A stretch of 20,000 bases of DNA, taken from the NCBI GenBank assembly GCA_051942205.1, contig JAVECO010000117.1, positions 53,813-73,812 on the forward strand, in the 5' to 3' direction. The notes under the pieces are model-generated. The model saw only the letters and a list, made by a program, of their open reading frames with translations. It ran no database searches and was not told where the DNA came from. Shown piece by piece: positions 19,610-20,000 of the stretch (its first letter is position 1; each line of letters begins with the position of its first letter). A program made the position numbers and the translations under genes. The DNA is from Coniocarpon cinnabarinum (lineage: Eukaryota).

Positions 19610-20000
19610 ATGCTAACGCCATGACCGCCCTTTCGTGCGCTTTGGTCTCAATATGTACGATATGTGATGTTACTTACGACCTTAACTTCTAAAAGTTTGG
19701 ACCGAATCTGCGGATTCCATTGCGTCCACGGAACTCAACTTGTACATATAGATACAATTATTGAAGATATTCAGAAATATCAAATTAAAGTTAAATATCA
19801 TACACTGAACTCCATCCCCTTGTCACTATCAATATCGATGGTCTCCGTACAGGGTGTCAAACACGTGTATGTCCCATGTACCTCAAGATCTCGCAGCACG
19901 CCTGTCGCATGCCCGTTAACATCTTCGCAATCGTGGAATCTTCGGCAATTGGCCATACAGCCCTCCCCGTTTCCTTGCCCTGCCCGACTCTCGCCCACAC

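Noticed and set aside
1..20000. tRNA, rRNA, transposon or RIP-degraded repeat
   Set aside because: No cloverleaf with T-loop consensus, no rRNA signature, no transposase/RT motifs or terminal repeats, and no extended AT-rich TpA-biased tract were seen.

Overview
Eukaryotic (filamentous ascomycete, Pezizomycotina-type) genomic DNA: short 55-68 nt GT-AG introns with CTRAY branch points, CAAG/AAAA-ATG start contexts, and no rRNA, tRNA, CRISPR or recognisable transposon. Left half (0.4-9.7 kb): five co-oriented, apparently intronless + strand genes for uncharacterised proteins. These are a Ser/Pro-rich coiled-coil protein, two small coiled-coil proteins with C-terminal NLS-like motifs that may be distant paralogs, a 957-aa protein and a ~308-aa orphan. 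The 957-aa protein is the most striking element: it has an N-terminal J-domain-like fold lacking the HPD motif, several NLS-like clusters, and an internally duplicated disordered region with 11 consensus SUMO-acceptor motifs, four overlapping CDK consensus sites. Right half: a D-2-hydroxyacid dehydrogenase divergent from a 2-exon EthD-family gene, a 4-exon HOL1/DHA1-like MFS transporter, a 2.9-kb divergent intergenic region enriched for TGACAG, and a 3-exon PTH11-like (CFEM-less, fungal rhodopsin-domain) membrane protein. All family calls are by motif recognition by eye; no database search was run.
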